NCBI GenBank assembly: GCA_025454725.1
Contig: JALONW010000036.1
Location: 1 to 46,551 of the forward strand
DNA from: Anaerolineae bacterium
Lineage (GTDB): Bacteria > Chloroflexota > Anaerolineae > Aggregatilineales > Phototrophicaceae
Length of the DNA: 46,551 bases
Direction of reading: 5' to 3'
A program made the translations under genes and the position numbers. Position 1 is the first letter of the stretch; each line of letters starts with the position of its first letter. Positions 19,466 through 30,406 of the stretch are shown piece after piece. Below the pieces are notes generated by a model, which had not been told where the DNA came from, searched no databases, and was given only the letters and a program-made list of their open reading frames with translations.

Positions 19466-19630
19466 CCGCTGGAGGCTCTCAAGCCTCCAGCTACAAAGAA
19501 CAGCCAAAGCCCACTAAAGGGGCTGCATTTTAACCTTGGTGAACCTCGTTTCGAGTGCAAAAGCGACGGGGCAAGCCCCTTTAGTGGGCTTCCCGTCGCA
19601 ACCGATAGCTTGGGGTTTGAACCCCAAGCG
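19466..19630. repeat. REPIN/MITE-like composite palindromic element
   Basis: Terminal hairpins GCTGGAGGCT/AGCCTCCAGC-TAC and ATAG-CTTGGGG/CCCCAAG. Internal 18-bp inverted pair AAGCCCACTAAAGGGGCT (19507-19524) / AGCCCCTTTAGTGGGCTT (19574-19591). Confidence 0.7.
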
Positions 19631-19659
19631 GATGGTATCGGAATGACCCATAACGTCCC

Positions 19660-20838
19660 CTACTCAACATACCCCAGCCCGCGCAACCAGCGCTCGACTT
19701 CCAGCGCGAGTATGGCGTTGCCGGTCGGGTTGAGGTGCATATCGTCGGTGTAATACAGGTGGTCGCCTTGTGAGGCGTAGCCCTGAAAAACCGGCAGCAT
19801 ATCGAGGCAGGTCAGCGCTTCGAGGCGGCACAGCCCGTTCATGACGCGGCGCGGCGCGCCCAGCGCATCGACCGCCTCTTCACCCATCACCGGGGCGGTC
19901 AGGTCACGGTAGACCTCCTCGCGGGTGGGCAGGACGACCACGACCAATTGGCCGCCCCAGCCCTCGACCGCCACCTTGGCCTGCCGCAGAGCCATGCGCG
20001 TCATTGGGATGCCAGTGTAGACGCGCGGGTCGTCGATATTGGTGGCGATTTGCTCGTAGCGCTGGCCGAAATTCAGCCGGTGGCCGTTGTACTCGACGCT
20101 GTACGGGCGCGTGAAGTGATATTTCTCAAAGTCGCTGACGTAGGCGGATTCGTTGCCCAGCGCGACCTCGGTCACCGCCCACGCGACTGAGTTGGCGCGC
20201 AACCACTGCACAACCGCGCCGCCCTCGTCGGGGTAATCGGGGACTTCTGTGCGCACCGACGACTCTGGTATTTCGCCGCGCAGGACGGCGAGTTGGTAAT
20301 CTTCGTTGAAGTCGTTGACCCAAAACTGCCAGATGACCAGCGGCGGCTCGAATGTCCGCCCGAAGGTGTCGATAAAGCGCCAATGGCTGACGCTGCCGGT
20401 CGAACCCTGCGCGGTGTTGAGGGTCGGCAGCCCGGTCGATTGGTCGAAGCGGGTTACCCAGCAGTCTTCATATTCGGTGAAGCAGAACGAGAACGAGTCG
20501 CCCACCACCATCGCGCCGATGGGGTCGCCCAGCGTAAACGGGCGGCTGCGGAATCCCATCCGGCTGTCCTGCACCTGCACCGTGCTGACTCGGAAAGCGA
20601 CGCCCGGCGCGGGGCCGTACAGCGCGTCGGTGATGTCGGTTTTCATCATGAAGTTGTGGTCGATATCCATCGACATCAGCCCAATGCGGTTGATGTCGAG
20701 CGCCTCGCCGGTCGTGACGCGCTGCGCGACCAGTTGCAAGTAGGGCGGGAGCGCGGGAGTCGCCAAGCGCACCACCCCCTCTAAAAGCAGCGGTGTGACG
20801 ACCAGCCAAAACCCGACCAGCAGCACAATCTTCCTCAA
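19660..20838 (-). CDS. Membrane-anchored SGNH/GDSL-like hydrolase
   Basis: VVGDSFSF (block I), WVNDF, DDMHLNPTGN (DxxH). N-terminal TM; probable TTG start 20838. Confidence 0.8.
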   Translation of the reverse strand: MRKIVLLVGFWLVVTPLLLEGVVRLATPALPPYLQLVAQRVTTGEALDINRIGLMSMDIDHNFMMKTDITDALYGPAPGVAFRVSTVQVQDSRMGFRSRPFTLGDPIGAMVVGDSFSFCFTEYEDCWVTRFDQSTGLPTLNTAQGSTGSVSHWRFIDTFGRTFEPPLVIWQFWVNDFNEDYQLAVLRGEIPESSVRTEVPDYPDEGGAVVQWLRANSVAWAVTEVALGNESAYVSDFEKYHFTRPYSVEYNGHRLNFGQRYEQIATNIDDPRVYTGIPMTRMALRQAKVAVEGWGGQLVVVVLPTREEVYRDLTAPVMGEEAVDALGAPRRVMNGLCRLEALTCLDMLPVFQGYASQGDHLYYTDDMHLNPTGNAILALEVERWLRGLGYVE

Positions 20839-20972
20839 GGCGGTTATGCCTCTCTCTGGGCTTGCACAGGCCAGAAGTGTAGCCGATTTTGCCGTGGGTT
20901 GGCAGGGGCGGGGAATAGGAGCGAGGGCAAACACATTAAAACCGGCTTGAGGGGAAATTGAGATGGACGTCA

Positions 20973-21077
20973 GGCGACCCACTGGGTCACCCCTACAGAC
21001 CCATCATCCCGCTCTTTTTTATCTTTGTGCGAGAAGGTTTCTTCCTGTACGGAAAGGGCAGGTCCTTTCCGCCCTAA
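20973..21077. repeat. Pair of GTAG-type REP-like hairpins
   Basis: Minus strand GTAG-GGGTGACCC-agt-GGGTCGCC (20996-20973) and CGGAAAGG-gcaggt-CCTTTCCG-CCCTA (about 21050-21076). Confidence 0.5.
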
Positions 21078-21161
21078 CCATCCGGCCCGCCGCGCCACCC
21101 TGATGCTTCTCACCCACACCACCTCCCACCCCAGCGCGGTTTTTGGATATACTGGGGCGAT

Positions 21162-22268
21162 ATGTGCAACCATCGCGCCCTGCCCACCCTGCTCTTATTC
21201 GCCGCGCTGCTGCTGACGGCCTGCGGCGGCGACGCCGTAGTCTACGCGCCGACCGCCCTCCCGCCTGACCTCTCGCCGCAGGTCTGGGCGCACCCATCCG
21301 GTGCGTTCAGCGTGGCCGTGCCGCGCCACTGGGCGGTTTACGTCCAAAACGACGCGACCCTCGCCAGCGCGTCGTTTTCTCCGCCCGGCGCGCCAGCCCC
21401 CGTCCTGACCGTCGCGGCCATCCGCGTCGGCGCGGCGCTGGACGATACCGCACTGGGGACACTGGCTGCCGAAATTCAGTCCACCCACCGCCCCGACCAG
21501 CGCCGCTATACTCAAACAGCGGTTGAGCGCACGCCCGACGGCGCGTGGCGCTTCAGCGGGGCGCGTCTGAACCCCGACGGCTCACAAACCCCGCTGAATA
21601 CCTTTATCAGCACGGCTGGCGGCTTGGTCGCGCTGGCCGATGCCGCCGTCCCCACCGACCCGGCGCTGTTGGCCGACGTGCAGCGCGCCGTCAACACCAT
21701 CACCCTCAACGCCGACAGCCCGCTCCCGCCCGCTGAACCGGCGGCATTCGGGTTTATCCGCGTGGCGGCGCTGGAAGCCCAGAACACCGCCGCATGGACC
21801 AACAGCAGCGGCGTGGGCAATACGGTTATCGAGGCCAATGATTTTACAATGGGCTACCACCTGCCCGCTGGGGGATTCGCCCCGTTCAGCCTGCGCTTCG
21901 GTCAGGGGCAGCCCGCCGAGGCGCTGGGCTACCGCGTGACGGTCGGGGACGGCGCGCTGTTCCCGCCGCCGCGCCCGGTGATGGGTGCGCCCGCGCTGGC
22001 ATGGACGGATTCTTCCACCTTCTCTCCAGACGGCAGCCTGTCCATCATGGGGACGGTGACGCACACCGGCGAGGGCGCGACCGCCCGCGACCTGCTGGGC
22101 GTCATCACGGTATTTGACAGCACCGGCGACGTGATTGGCGCGTGGTTTACGCCGCTGGGCATCGCGTCGCTGGCGGCAGGCGAGTCGGCGGATTATGCGG
22201 TGCGCGTGCCAGAACTGGGCGGCGGCGCACGCAACTACATCATCGATGTGCAGGGCTACGGGGGCTGA
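21162..22268 (+). CDS. Lipoprotein with FxLYD-like domains
   Basis: Lipobox LLTAC. C-terminal GTVTHTG...ITVFDSTGDVIG...LAAGESADY resembles FxLYD. Confidence 0.7.
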   Translation: MCNHRALPTLLLFAALLLTACGGDAVVYAPTALPPDLSPQVWAHPSGAFSVAVPRHWAVYVQNDATLASASFSPPGAPAPVLTVAAIRVGAALDDTALGTLAAEIQSTHRPDQRRYTQTAVERTPDGAWRFSGARLNPDGSQTPLNTFISTAGGLVALADAAVPTDPALLADVQRAVNTITLNADSPLPPAEPAAFGFIRVAALEAQNTAAWTNSSGVGNTVIEANDFTMGYHLPAGGFAPFSLRFGQGQPAEALGYRVTVGDGALFPPPRPVMGAPALAWTDSSTFSPDGSLSIMGTVTHTGEGATARDLLGVITVFDSTGDVIGAWFTPLGIASLAAGESADYAVRVPELGGGARNYIIDVQGYGG

Positions 22269-22275
22269 CCGTCCG

Positions 22276-22488
22276 ATGGGCTTACCGGCGCGCTGGAACC
22301 ACCCCGAACTGGGCGAATGTCTGACGCTGCACGCGGCGCTGGCGCACCTCGCCGCGCTGAATATCCCTGCCCGTGCTGACGGGAAATCCATCGTCATTGA
22401 ACGCGAGGGCGCGCCGCCCGTCATACTCACCCCGACCGATACGCCGATGGGCAAGATGTTCCCGCTGTCGGCGCTGGCAGGTGGGTGA
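22276..22488 (+). CDS. Small hypothetical protein (70 aa)
   Basis: ATG 22276, 7 nt after the upstream stop; host-like codon usage. Confidence 0.5.
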   Translation: MGLPARWNHPELGECLTLHAALAHLAALNIPARADGKSIVIEREGAPPVILTPTDTPMGKMFPLSALAGG

Positions 22489-22634
22489 GGTTCTGCGCCC
22501 ACCCTTAACGCACTGACCGTGTGGTTTGGCGGGTTGTGCCGTATAATGTGCGCTAGTTCCCAGCGTATGGTGTGCCGTCCGGCGGCCCTGCGCTGGATGT
22601 ATCGGGTGGGATGAGAACTCGGAAACAGCCCCGG

Positions 22635-24806
22635 ATGAGTGAAGATTTCATCGGAAAGACCATCGGCGGCTACGTGGTAGAGTCGGCCATCGGGCGGGGC
22701 GGGATGGCGACGGTCTACCTCGCACGCCAGACCTCGATGAACCGCGTGGTGGCGCTCAAAATCCTCCCGCGTGACCAGATGAAGGACGACGCCTACCTCA
22801 AGCGCTTCGAGCGTGAGGTGTCGATTGTCGCACAGCTTGAACACCGCTCGATTGTGCCGGTCTATGACCACGGCGAACACGAGGGGCAGCCCTACATCGC
22901 CATGCGCTATATGTCCGGTGGGTCGCTGGACGCCTACCTGCAAGAAGGGGTGTTCGCCCCAGAGCGCGTGCTGGCGCTGTATCAACAACTCGCCCCGGCG
23001 CTGGATTACGCGCATACCAAGGGCGTGCTGCACCGCGACCTCAAGCCCTCTAACATCCTGTTGGACGACGCAGGCGGCGCGTATATCACCGACTTCGGCA
23101 TCGCCCGTGTGTTCGGTGAAAACCTGACCACCGAATTAACCCTCACCCAGCACGGGGTGGTTGGCACGCCCGCCTATATGTCGCCGGAGCAGGCGCAGGG
23201 TCAGCCCCTCGACGGGCGCAGCGATGTGTATTCGTTGGGCGTGGTGCTGTTCGAGCTGGTGACCGGTCGCCGCCCGTTCAATGCCGAGACGCCCTACAGC
23301 ATCGCGGTCATGCAGGTGACGGCAGAACCACCCAGCCCGCGCCAGTTCAACCCCAACCTCGGCCTCAGCCTCGAACACGTCATCCTCAAGTCGCTGCGCA
23401 AGCGACCAGAGGAACGATTCCAGACCGCCACCGAAATGACCGAGGCGCTGCGGATGGCGGTCGAGAATCCGGCGGGCTTCAACCCCCACGACACCCAGCC
23501 CAACCGCCGCCCGGTGGCCGAGGTCACGCAGCCGATGGCGGTCAATATGCCGCAGTTCTCGGCCACCCCCGTGACCCCCGCCACGCCGCCCACCCCGGTC
23601 TCTGGGATGCGCGCCGTGCGCGTCCCGACCAATCCCCAGCCGCTCAAACGCGCCAGAGGCGGTGGAACAGGCATGTGGATGGGCGTCACGGTCGGCGCGC
23701 TGATTGGCTGTGTGCTGCTCACCCTCATCGCCACCGGGATTGTACTCATCGGCGGACAGTTCCTCGCCCAGCCCACACCCGTAACCCCGTCGCGGGCGGG
23801 CGGGACGGCCACGCCGGAAGGCAGCGGCCTGCTAAATACCAATACCCCTGTCCCCGGCGCGCTCCAGACCCAGATTGCCGCTGATGAGCGCAACATCCCC
23901 AGCCTTGCCACGCTCGACGCGCTGCGCCCCGGCGGCGCGACGCCCGCCCCGCTGGGGACGGGGGCGGCCTACAGCGGTCGGGTGGTGTATTCCGGCGTGA
24001 TTGCCAGCAGCGAACAGATTACCCAACACTTGTTCACTCGCCCGGTACAGGGCGGGGCGGCCACCCAACTGACTGACGGCACGAGTGTTAACACCGCCCC
24101 GGCCATCAGCCCCGACGGGCGGCAGGTCGCCTTCATCAGTGACCGCGAGGGAAGCTATGACCTGTATGTGGTCGGGCTGGGCGCGGTCGGTGAACCCGCC
24201 ACCCGTGTGCTGGAGACCGCCATAGACGAGTACAGCCCCGTCTGGACGCCGGACGGTGAGGCGCTGGTGTTCGCCTCCGATTTGCGCGGTGACGGCGCGC
24301 TGGCGCTCCTCAGCACGCCCACCGACGGCGCGGGTGAAGTCACAGCGCTGTACAGCGAATTGGGGATGCGCGCCTTCCGCCCGCGCTTCTCGCCTGACGG
24401 GGCGCTGATGGCCTTCGTGCGCGGTCAGCCGTTCGACGCCCAGACGTGGGAAATTGTCGTGATGGATATGGAAACACGCCGCCTGACCCCGCTGACCAAC
24501 AACGAGGTGATGGACAACTGGCCGGTGTTCGATGCCGACGGCGAGTCGGTGTTCGCCGTCCGCACGCTGGTCAATGCCGCCGAAATCTGGCGCATCCCGC
24601 TGGCTGACCCTGCCTCCGCCGAACCGATTTACCGCGCTACGGGTTGGGTCAGCAGCCTGACCCTCGCGCCGGACGGCAGCGCGCTGATGTTCAGCCAAAG
24701 CCCCAGCGCCAACGCCACCGGCCAGATTATCGTGCTGCCCCTCAATGGCGACGGCCCGCGCACGCTGGACATTATCGCGGGCCTGAGCGCGGACTGGACG
24801 CCGTGA
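22635..24806 (+). CDS. Hanks-type Ser/Thr kinase with TM helix and extracellular PD40/TolB-like propeller
   Basis: IGRGGMATVY, VALK, HRDLKPSN, TDFG, GTPAYMSPE; TM; repeats SPDG/TPDG. Start ATG 22635. Confidence 0.92.
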   Translation: MSEDFIGKTIGGYVVESAIGRGGMATVYLARQTSMNRVVALKILPRDQMKDDAYLKRFEREVSIVAQLEHRSIVPVYDHGEHEGQPYIAMRYMSGGSLDAYLQEGVFAPERVLALYQQLAPALDYAHTKGVLHRDLKPSNILLDDAGGAYITDFGIARVFGENLTTELTLTQHGVVGTPAYMSPEQAQGQPLDGRSDVYSLGVVLFELVTGRRPFNAETPYSIAVMQVTAEPPSPRQFNPNLGLSLEHVILKSLRKRPEERFQTATEMTEALRMAVENPAGFNPHDTQPNRRPVAEVTQPMAVNMPQFSATPVTPATPPTPVSGMRAVRVPTNPQPLKRARGGGTGMWMGVTVGALIGCVLLTLIATGIVLIGGQFLAQPTPVTPSRAGGTATPEGSGLLNTNTPVPGALQTQIAADERNIPSLATLDALRPGGATPAPLGTGAAYSGRVVYSGVIASSEQITQHLFTRPVQGGAATQLTDGTSVNTAPAISPDGRQVAFISDREGSYDLYVVGLGAVGEPATRVLETAIDEYSPVWTPDGEALVFASDLRGDGALALLSTPTDGAGEVTALYSELGMRAFRPRFSPDGALMAFVRGQPFDAQTWEIVVMDMETRRLTPLTNNEVMDNWPVFDADGESVFAVRTLVNAAEIWRIPLADPASAEPIYRATGWVSSLTLAPDGSALMFSQSPSANATGQIIVLPLNGDGPRTLDIIAGLSADWTP

Positions 24807-25465
24807 GTGCGTCGGCCACGCTCGGTGAGACGGTGGCCGATGCCCTGCGCGGGGCGCTGCGGTCGGGTGAGCTACGCGCCGGGGAGCGCTTGGTCGTGCT
24901 GGCGCTGGCGCAGCGCTACGGCGTGAGCCAAGCCGCCGTCCACGACGCCTTACACCGCCTAGAGCGCGAGGGCTGGGTGTCGTCGGAGTCGCGGCGCGGC
25001 GTGCGCGTGCGCGCCTTCACCCCCGACACCGCCCACGAGGTGTTCGCGCTGGCCGCCGAGGTTGGTGGGCTGGCGCTGGGCTGGGCGGCGCGTGACCACA
25101 CTCGCGTCAGCCTCTTAGAGGCGGTGCGCCCGCCGCTGGAACAAGCGCGCCGCGCCCATGATTCCGGCGCGTGGGATGCCCGTCGCACCGCGCTAGTGGC
25201 CTTCCACAGCGAGATTGCCCGGCTCGCCGCTCGTCCCCAAACCAGCGAGGTCCTAACTGTGCTGCACAACCAGATGATGCTCCTGCTGGCCGATTTCGAG
25301 CGCCACGGCAGCCCCGACGCGCACCGCGACGGACAAATCGCCGGGTACGAGCACTTCTACGGCATCCTCAAGTTTGGGTCAACCGACGAGGCACAGGCCG
25401 CGCTGCGTGAGCGCCTCCACGCCGATGGGACGCCGGTCGTGCGCTGGCTGGCTGGTCGGGGGTAG
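24803..25465 (+). CDS. GntR family transcriptional regulator (FCD-type)
   Basis: GTG overlaps the kinase stop (GTGA). GELRAGERL..LAQRYGVS...LEREGWV...RGVRV wHTH; FH in the FCD domain. Confidence 0.82.
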   Translation: MSASATLGETVADALRGALRSGELRAGERLVVLALAQRYGVSQAAVHDALHRLEREGWVSSESRRGVRVRAFTPDTAHEVFALAAEVGGLALGWAARDHTRVSLLEAVRPPLEQARRAHDSGAWDARRTALVAFHSEIARLAARPQTSEVLTVLHNQMMLLLADFERHGSPDAHRDGQIAGYEHFYGILKFGSTDEAQAALRERLHADGTPVVRWLAGRG

Positions 25466-25621
25466 GAAAGTCCTAACCCCTCATCCGTCACTTGACCTAT
25501 ACCAAGATGACCCGTTAAGCTCATTCGTGCTATGTGGGAACGTTCTATGATAGAGGTATACAGGGCGCACAACCTGCCCTTATCTGATAACAGGGACATC
25601 CCCACAGGAGCAACATCAACC

Positions 25622-25885
25622 ATGGACGCTACAAGCATCTTGATTTGGATCGTTGTCGGCGCGATTGCCGGTTGGCTCGCCAGCATGGTCATGAAGACCA
25701 ACCACCGCCAAGGGCTGGTCGAGGACATCATCGTCGGTATCGTCGGCGGTCTGTTGGGTGGTTGGCTGCTGGGTGCGCTGGGCGTTAACGCCGGTGTCAC
25801 GGGCTTCAACCTCGGCAGCTTACTGACGGCTTTCGTCGGTGCGATTGTGCTGCTGGCGCTGCTGCGGGTCGTCCGCCGGGCGTAG
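25622..25885 (+). CDS. GlsB/YeaQ/YmgE (transglycosylase-associated) membrane protein
   Basis: WIVVGAIAGWLA...DIIVGIVGGLLGGWL...AFVGAIVLL. ATG 25622 with AGGAG RBS. Confidence 0.9.
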   Translation: MDATSILIWIVVGAIAGWLASMVMKTNHRQGLVEDIIVGIVGGLLGGWLLGALGVNAGVTGFNLGSLLTAFVGAIVLLALLRVVRRA

Positions 25886-25899
25886 TACCCCACTCCTTC

Positions 25900-25943
25900 A
25901 ACAAAAAATCCCCTTTTCGCAGTCGAGAAGGGGATTTTTTGTT
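25900..25943. terminator. Bidirectional terminator downstream of groEL
   Basis: AACAAAAAATCCCCTTTTCG-cagt-CGAGAAGGGGATTTTTTGTT. Confidence 0.85.
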
Positions 25944-25957
25944 AGGCTGTGCCGGAC

Positions 25958-27616
<1,659 letters not shown>

Positions 27617-27702
27617 TCACTTCAAGTTGGGGGATAATACAAAGGTCAAGACGGCGCAGCGCCGCCTAGACACAAAGGGGTTTCAGCGGTTTGGGGGTCG
27701 AA

Positions 27703-27990
27703 TTACTCGACGATGCCCAGAACGTCGGCTTCCTTCATGATCAACAGCTTCTTGCCGTCGATCTTGATTTCGGTGCCAGCGTACTTGGCGAACAGGATGG
27801 TGTCGCCAGCCTGCACGTCCATGTCGATGCGCTTGCCGCTGTCGTCGCGGCGGCCAGCACCAGCAGCCAAGACCTTGCCCTGCTGCGGCTTTTCCTTGGC
27901 GGTCTCCGGCAGCAGCAGGCCGCCAGCGATGGTTTCTTCTCTCTCAATTGGCTCGACCAGAAGGCGGTCACCCAGAGGACGGATGTTCAT
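27703..27990 (-). CDS. groS: Co-chaperonin GroES
   Basis: [36 protein letters not shown]. Confidence 0.98.
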   Translation of the reverse strand: MNIRPLGDRLLVEPIEREETIAGGLLLPETAKEKPQQGKVLAAGAGRRDDSGKRIDMDVQAGDTILFAKYAGTEIKIDGKKLLIMKEADVLGIVE

Positions 27991-28042
27991 AGTGATGTAC
28001 TCCTTAGGATTGGTGGTTTTTTGAGGGCTGGATGAAAGTGTT

Positions 28043-28069
28043 TTAGCACTCTCATCGTCACACTGCTAA
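28043..28069. promoter_or_regulatory. CIRCE operator 1 (HrcA)
   Basis: TTAGCACTC-N9-CACTGCTAA versus consensus TTAGCACTC-N9-GAGTGCTAA. Confidence 0.88.
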
Positions 28070-28080
28070 TTTACGTCATG

Positions 28081-28110
28081 ACTATAGGCCAATATCCCCG
28101 CTTGTGTCAA
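28081..28110 (-). promoter_or_regulatory. sigma70-type promoter of groES-groEL
   Basis: TTGACA (28110-28105)-N18-TATAGT (28086-28081). Confidence 0.8.
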
Positions 28111-28127
28111 GCGGGGAGTGGGGTTTT

Positions 28128-28154
28128 CTAGCAGAGTTTTAACACAAGTGCTAA
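28128..28154. promoter_or_regulatory. CIRCE operator 2 (HrcA)
   Basis: Minus strand TTAGCACTT-N9-CTCTGCTAG. Confidence 0.75.
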
Positions 28155-28438
28155 CCATGTGCCGGTGCTTGCCCGCTGACCGAGCCTGTAAATCGTCCTC
28201 GACCTCGCGCTTGGCGTCAGAACCAATGTCAACCATTTTGATAGTAGTATCAAAATGGTCTGTGGGGTCATTACTGCCAAACACGCAGACACGGCACAAC
28301 CATTTTGTTGAAGCCGACAAAATAGTTGCCCTAGCCCCCGTCTGCCCTACGCCATCGCGCCGCGCCCTACCCGCCGCCCGCCGCCCACCGCTATACTACA
28401 TCCCGTTTGCCCCACAAGGTCATGAGGTCTAGCCCGCC

Positions 28439-29734
28439 ATGTTCCGACTACTGGCCGCGCTTGCGGCTGTTGCGCTGGGGGTGGTGGCGCTGTCTGCGCC
28501 GTCCGCGCCCGCCGCCGCCCAGTTCTACACCAACACGCCCGAACCGGAGCCGCTGCTGTTCTTCACGAACACCCCGCCCGGCCCGACCAATACCCCCACC
28601 GCCACGCCGACGCTGACGCCGACCAACACCTCGACCCCAACGCCGACCCACACGCCCACCGCCACTCCGTCCCCGACGCCCACACCGGTCGGGCCGTTCT
28701 CATACCCGGAGGGTGTCAACCCGCTGACTGGTCAGCCTTACCCTGACGAGGAAGCGATGAACCGGCGCAACCTGATTGTCAAAATCAGCAATTTCCCGCC
28801 GGTCGTGCGCCCGCAGACCAACGTCAACATGGCCGATGTGGTGTATGAGTTCGAGGCCGAGGGCGGCGTCACACGCTTCGCGGCCATCTACCGCAGCCAG
28901 CTCCCCGATATTATCGGGTCGGTCCGCAGCGCTCGCTTGGCCGATACTTATCTTGTGCCGATGTATAACGCACTGTTCGCCTATTCAGGCACGTCCGAGC
29001 CAATTCAAGGCATCATCATGTCGTCGGAATGGGTGTTCCAGACCTTCTCGCCGCTGAAGGGCGACAACGAGGATGCGGGCTTCATCCGTGTGCCAGAGGA
29101 AGGCAAAGCCTTCGAGCATACGCTGTTCCTCCAACCAGAACTGCTCTACGAACGCGCCACCCGCCGTGAGGTCAACACCCCGCTGCGCGCTTTTGGGTTC
29201 GCGTTCAAAGACCAGCCCGACGCGGGCGGAATACCGGCCACCGACATCTTCATCGATTGGTACGGCCAAACCGATGCGCGCTGGCAGTATGATGAGGCCA
29301 CCGGGCGCTACCTGCGCTACACCGATGGCATCATCCACACCGACGCGGCCACCGACGAGCAGCTTTGGGCCGACAACGTTATCGTGATTGAGGTCGAGCA
29401 CCGCGAACGTCCCGACTTGTTCCCAGAAGGCGCAAGCTATACCTCGGTCGATATTGTGCTGGAAGGGCAGGGGCGCGCCTACCTGATGCGCGACGGTGTT
29501 TACTATCAGGGCTTTTGGCGGCGGCGCGACAACAACCCCGGCACCGCGCTCCAAATCATCTACGGCAATAACGAGTCAATTATGATGAAGCCGGGGCGGA
29601 CGTGGGTCTCGGTGGTGCGCGGCTTTGGTGATGTGACCATCAGCACCGAATACGCCGACATGGAAGCCACCGCTACCGCCATCTTCTCGGTGGCGACGCC
29701 GACCCCGGACCCTGCCGCCAGCACCGGGGACTAA
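28439..29734 (+). CDS. Secreted DUF3048 domain protein with Pro/Thr linker
   Basis: NPLTG, VKISN..RPQ...ADVVYE..AEGGVTRF..GSVRSAR, PGRTWV. Confidence 0.85.
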   Translation: MFRLLAALAAVALGVVALSAPSAPAAAQFYTNTPEPEPLLFFTNTPPGPTNTPTATPTLTPTNTSTPTPTHTPTATPSPTPTPVGPFSYPEGVNPLTGQPYPDEEAMNRRNLIVKISNFPPVVRPQTNVNMADVVYEFEAEGGVTRFAAIYRSQLPDIIGSVRSARLADTYLVPMYNALFAYSGTSEPIQGIIMSSEWVFQTFSPLKGDNEDAGFIRVPEEGKAFEHTLFLQPELLYERATRREVNTPLRAFGFAFKDQPDAGGIPATDIFIDWYGQTDARWQYDEATGRYLRYTDGIIHTDAATDEQLWADNVIVIEVEHRERPDLFPEGASYTSVDIVLEGQGRAYLMRDGVYYQGFWRRRDNNPGTALQIIYGNNESIMMKPGRTWVSVVRGFGDVTISTEYADMEATATAIFSVATPTPDPAASTGD

Positions 29735-29742
29735 ACCCGGCC

Positions 29743-30372
29743 ATGACGGTTTACGTCTGGGGAGACGCAGGCCAATATGACTTTGACCTCTGGCCATATG
29801 CCGCTGCCGCGCTCATCGCGGCGGCGGCGGTGTTGGCGTGGCGGACGCGCCACCCATCATATGTGGTGTGCTGGTTAGTCTTCGGTGTCTACCTGCTCAA
29901 TGTCATGAATCTGACCCTGTTCCCTACACGAATCGACCACTGTATCGCTGAATGGTGGTCGTGGGGAAGGCTGTGGGAAAACATCAATATCGTGCCAATG
30001 TATTTTGGCCCCTATGGGGGTTTCCGCACCGCGTTGACGGGATTGGCTCTCAACGTCCTCATGACTGTGCCATTTGGCTTCGGCCTGAGTTTCGTGGTCA
30101 ACGGACTGCGCGCGCGCCATTTCCTTGTGCTGGGGCCGCTGGTTGGCCTCACAATTGAGGGAACACAGTTGATGCTGTGCATCCTGCTGCGCTTCAACTA
30201 CCGCACCATTGACATCAACGACGTGATGATGAACACGCTTGGCGTCTGGCTGGGCTATGCCGGATTTCTAATGTTCGCGTGGGTTTGGCGCTGGCTGGAC
30301 AACCGCCTCGGCCTGCCGCGCTGGGGGATGTTGGGTTACATTACGGGGGTCGCCCAGAAAACTGTGGGCTGA
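29743..30372 (+). CDS. VanZ family membrane protein
   Basis: LNVLMTVPFG, IEGTQ, DINDVMMNTLG. Confidence 0.85.
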   Translation: MTVYVWGDAGQYDFDLWPYAAAALIAAAAVLAWRTRHPSYVVCWLVFGVYLLNVMNLTLFPTRIDHCIAEWWSWGRLWENINIVPMYFGPYGGFRTALTGLALNVLMTVPFGFGLSFVVNGLRARHFLVLGPLVGLTIEGTQLMLCILLRFNYRTIDINDVMMNTLGVWLGYAGFLMFAWVWRWLDNRLGLPRWGMLGYITGVAQKTVG

Positions 30373-30406
30373 CCCCCTGTTGCAAACTCAAAAAATGGCG
30401 CGGTGG

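Noticed and set aside
28570-28690. Repetitive DNA as a possible tandem repeat or CRISPR array
   Set aside because: It encodes the Pro/Thr linker of the DUF3048 protein. No repeat-spacer array or cas gene was seen anywhere in the window.
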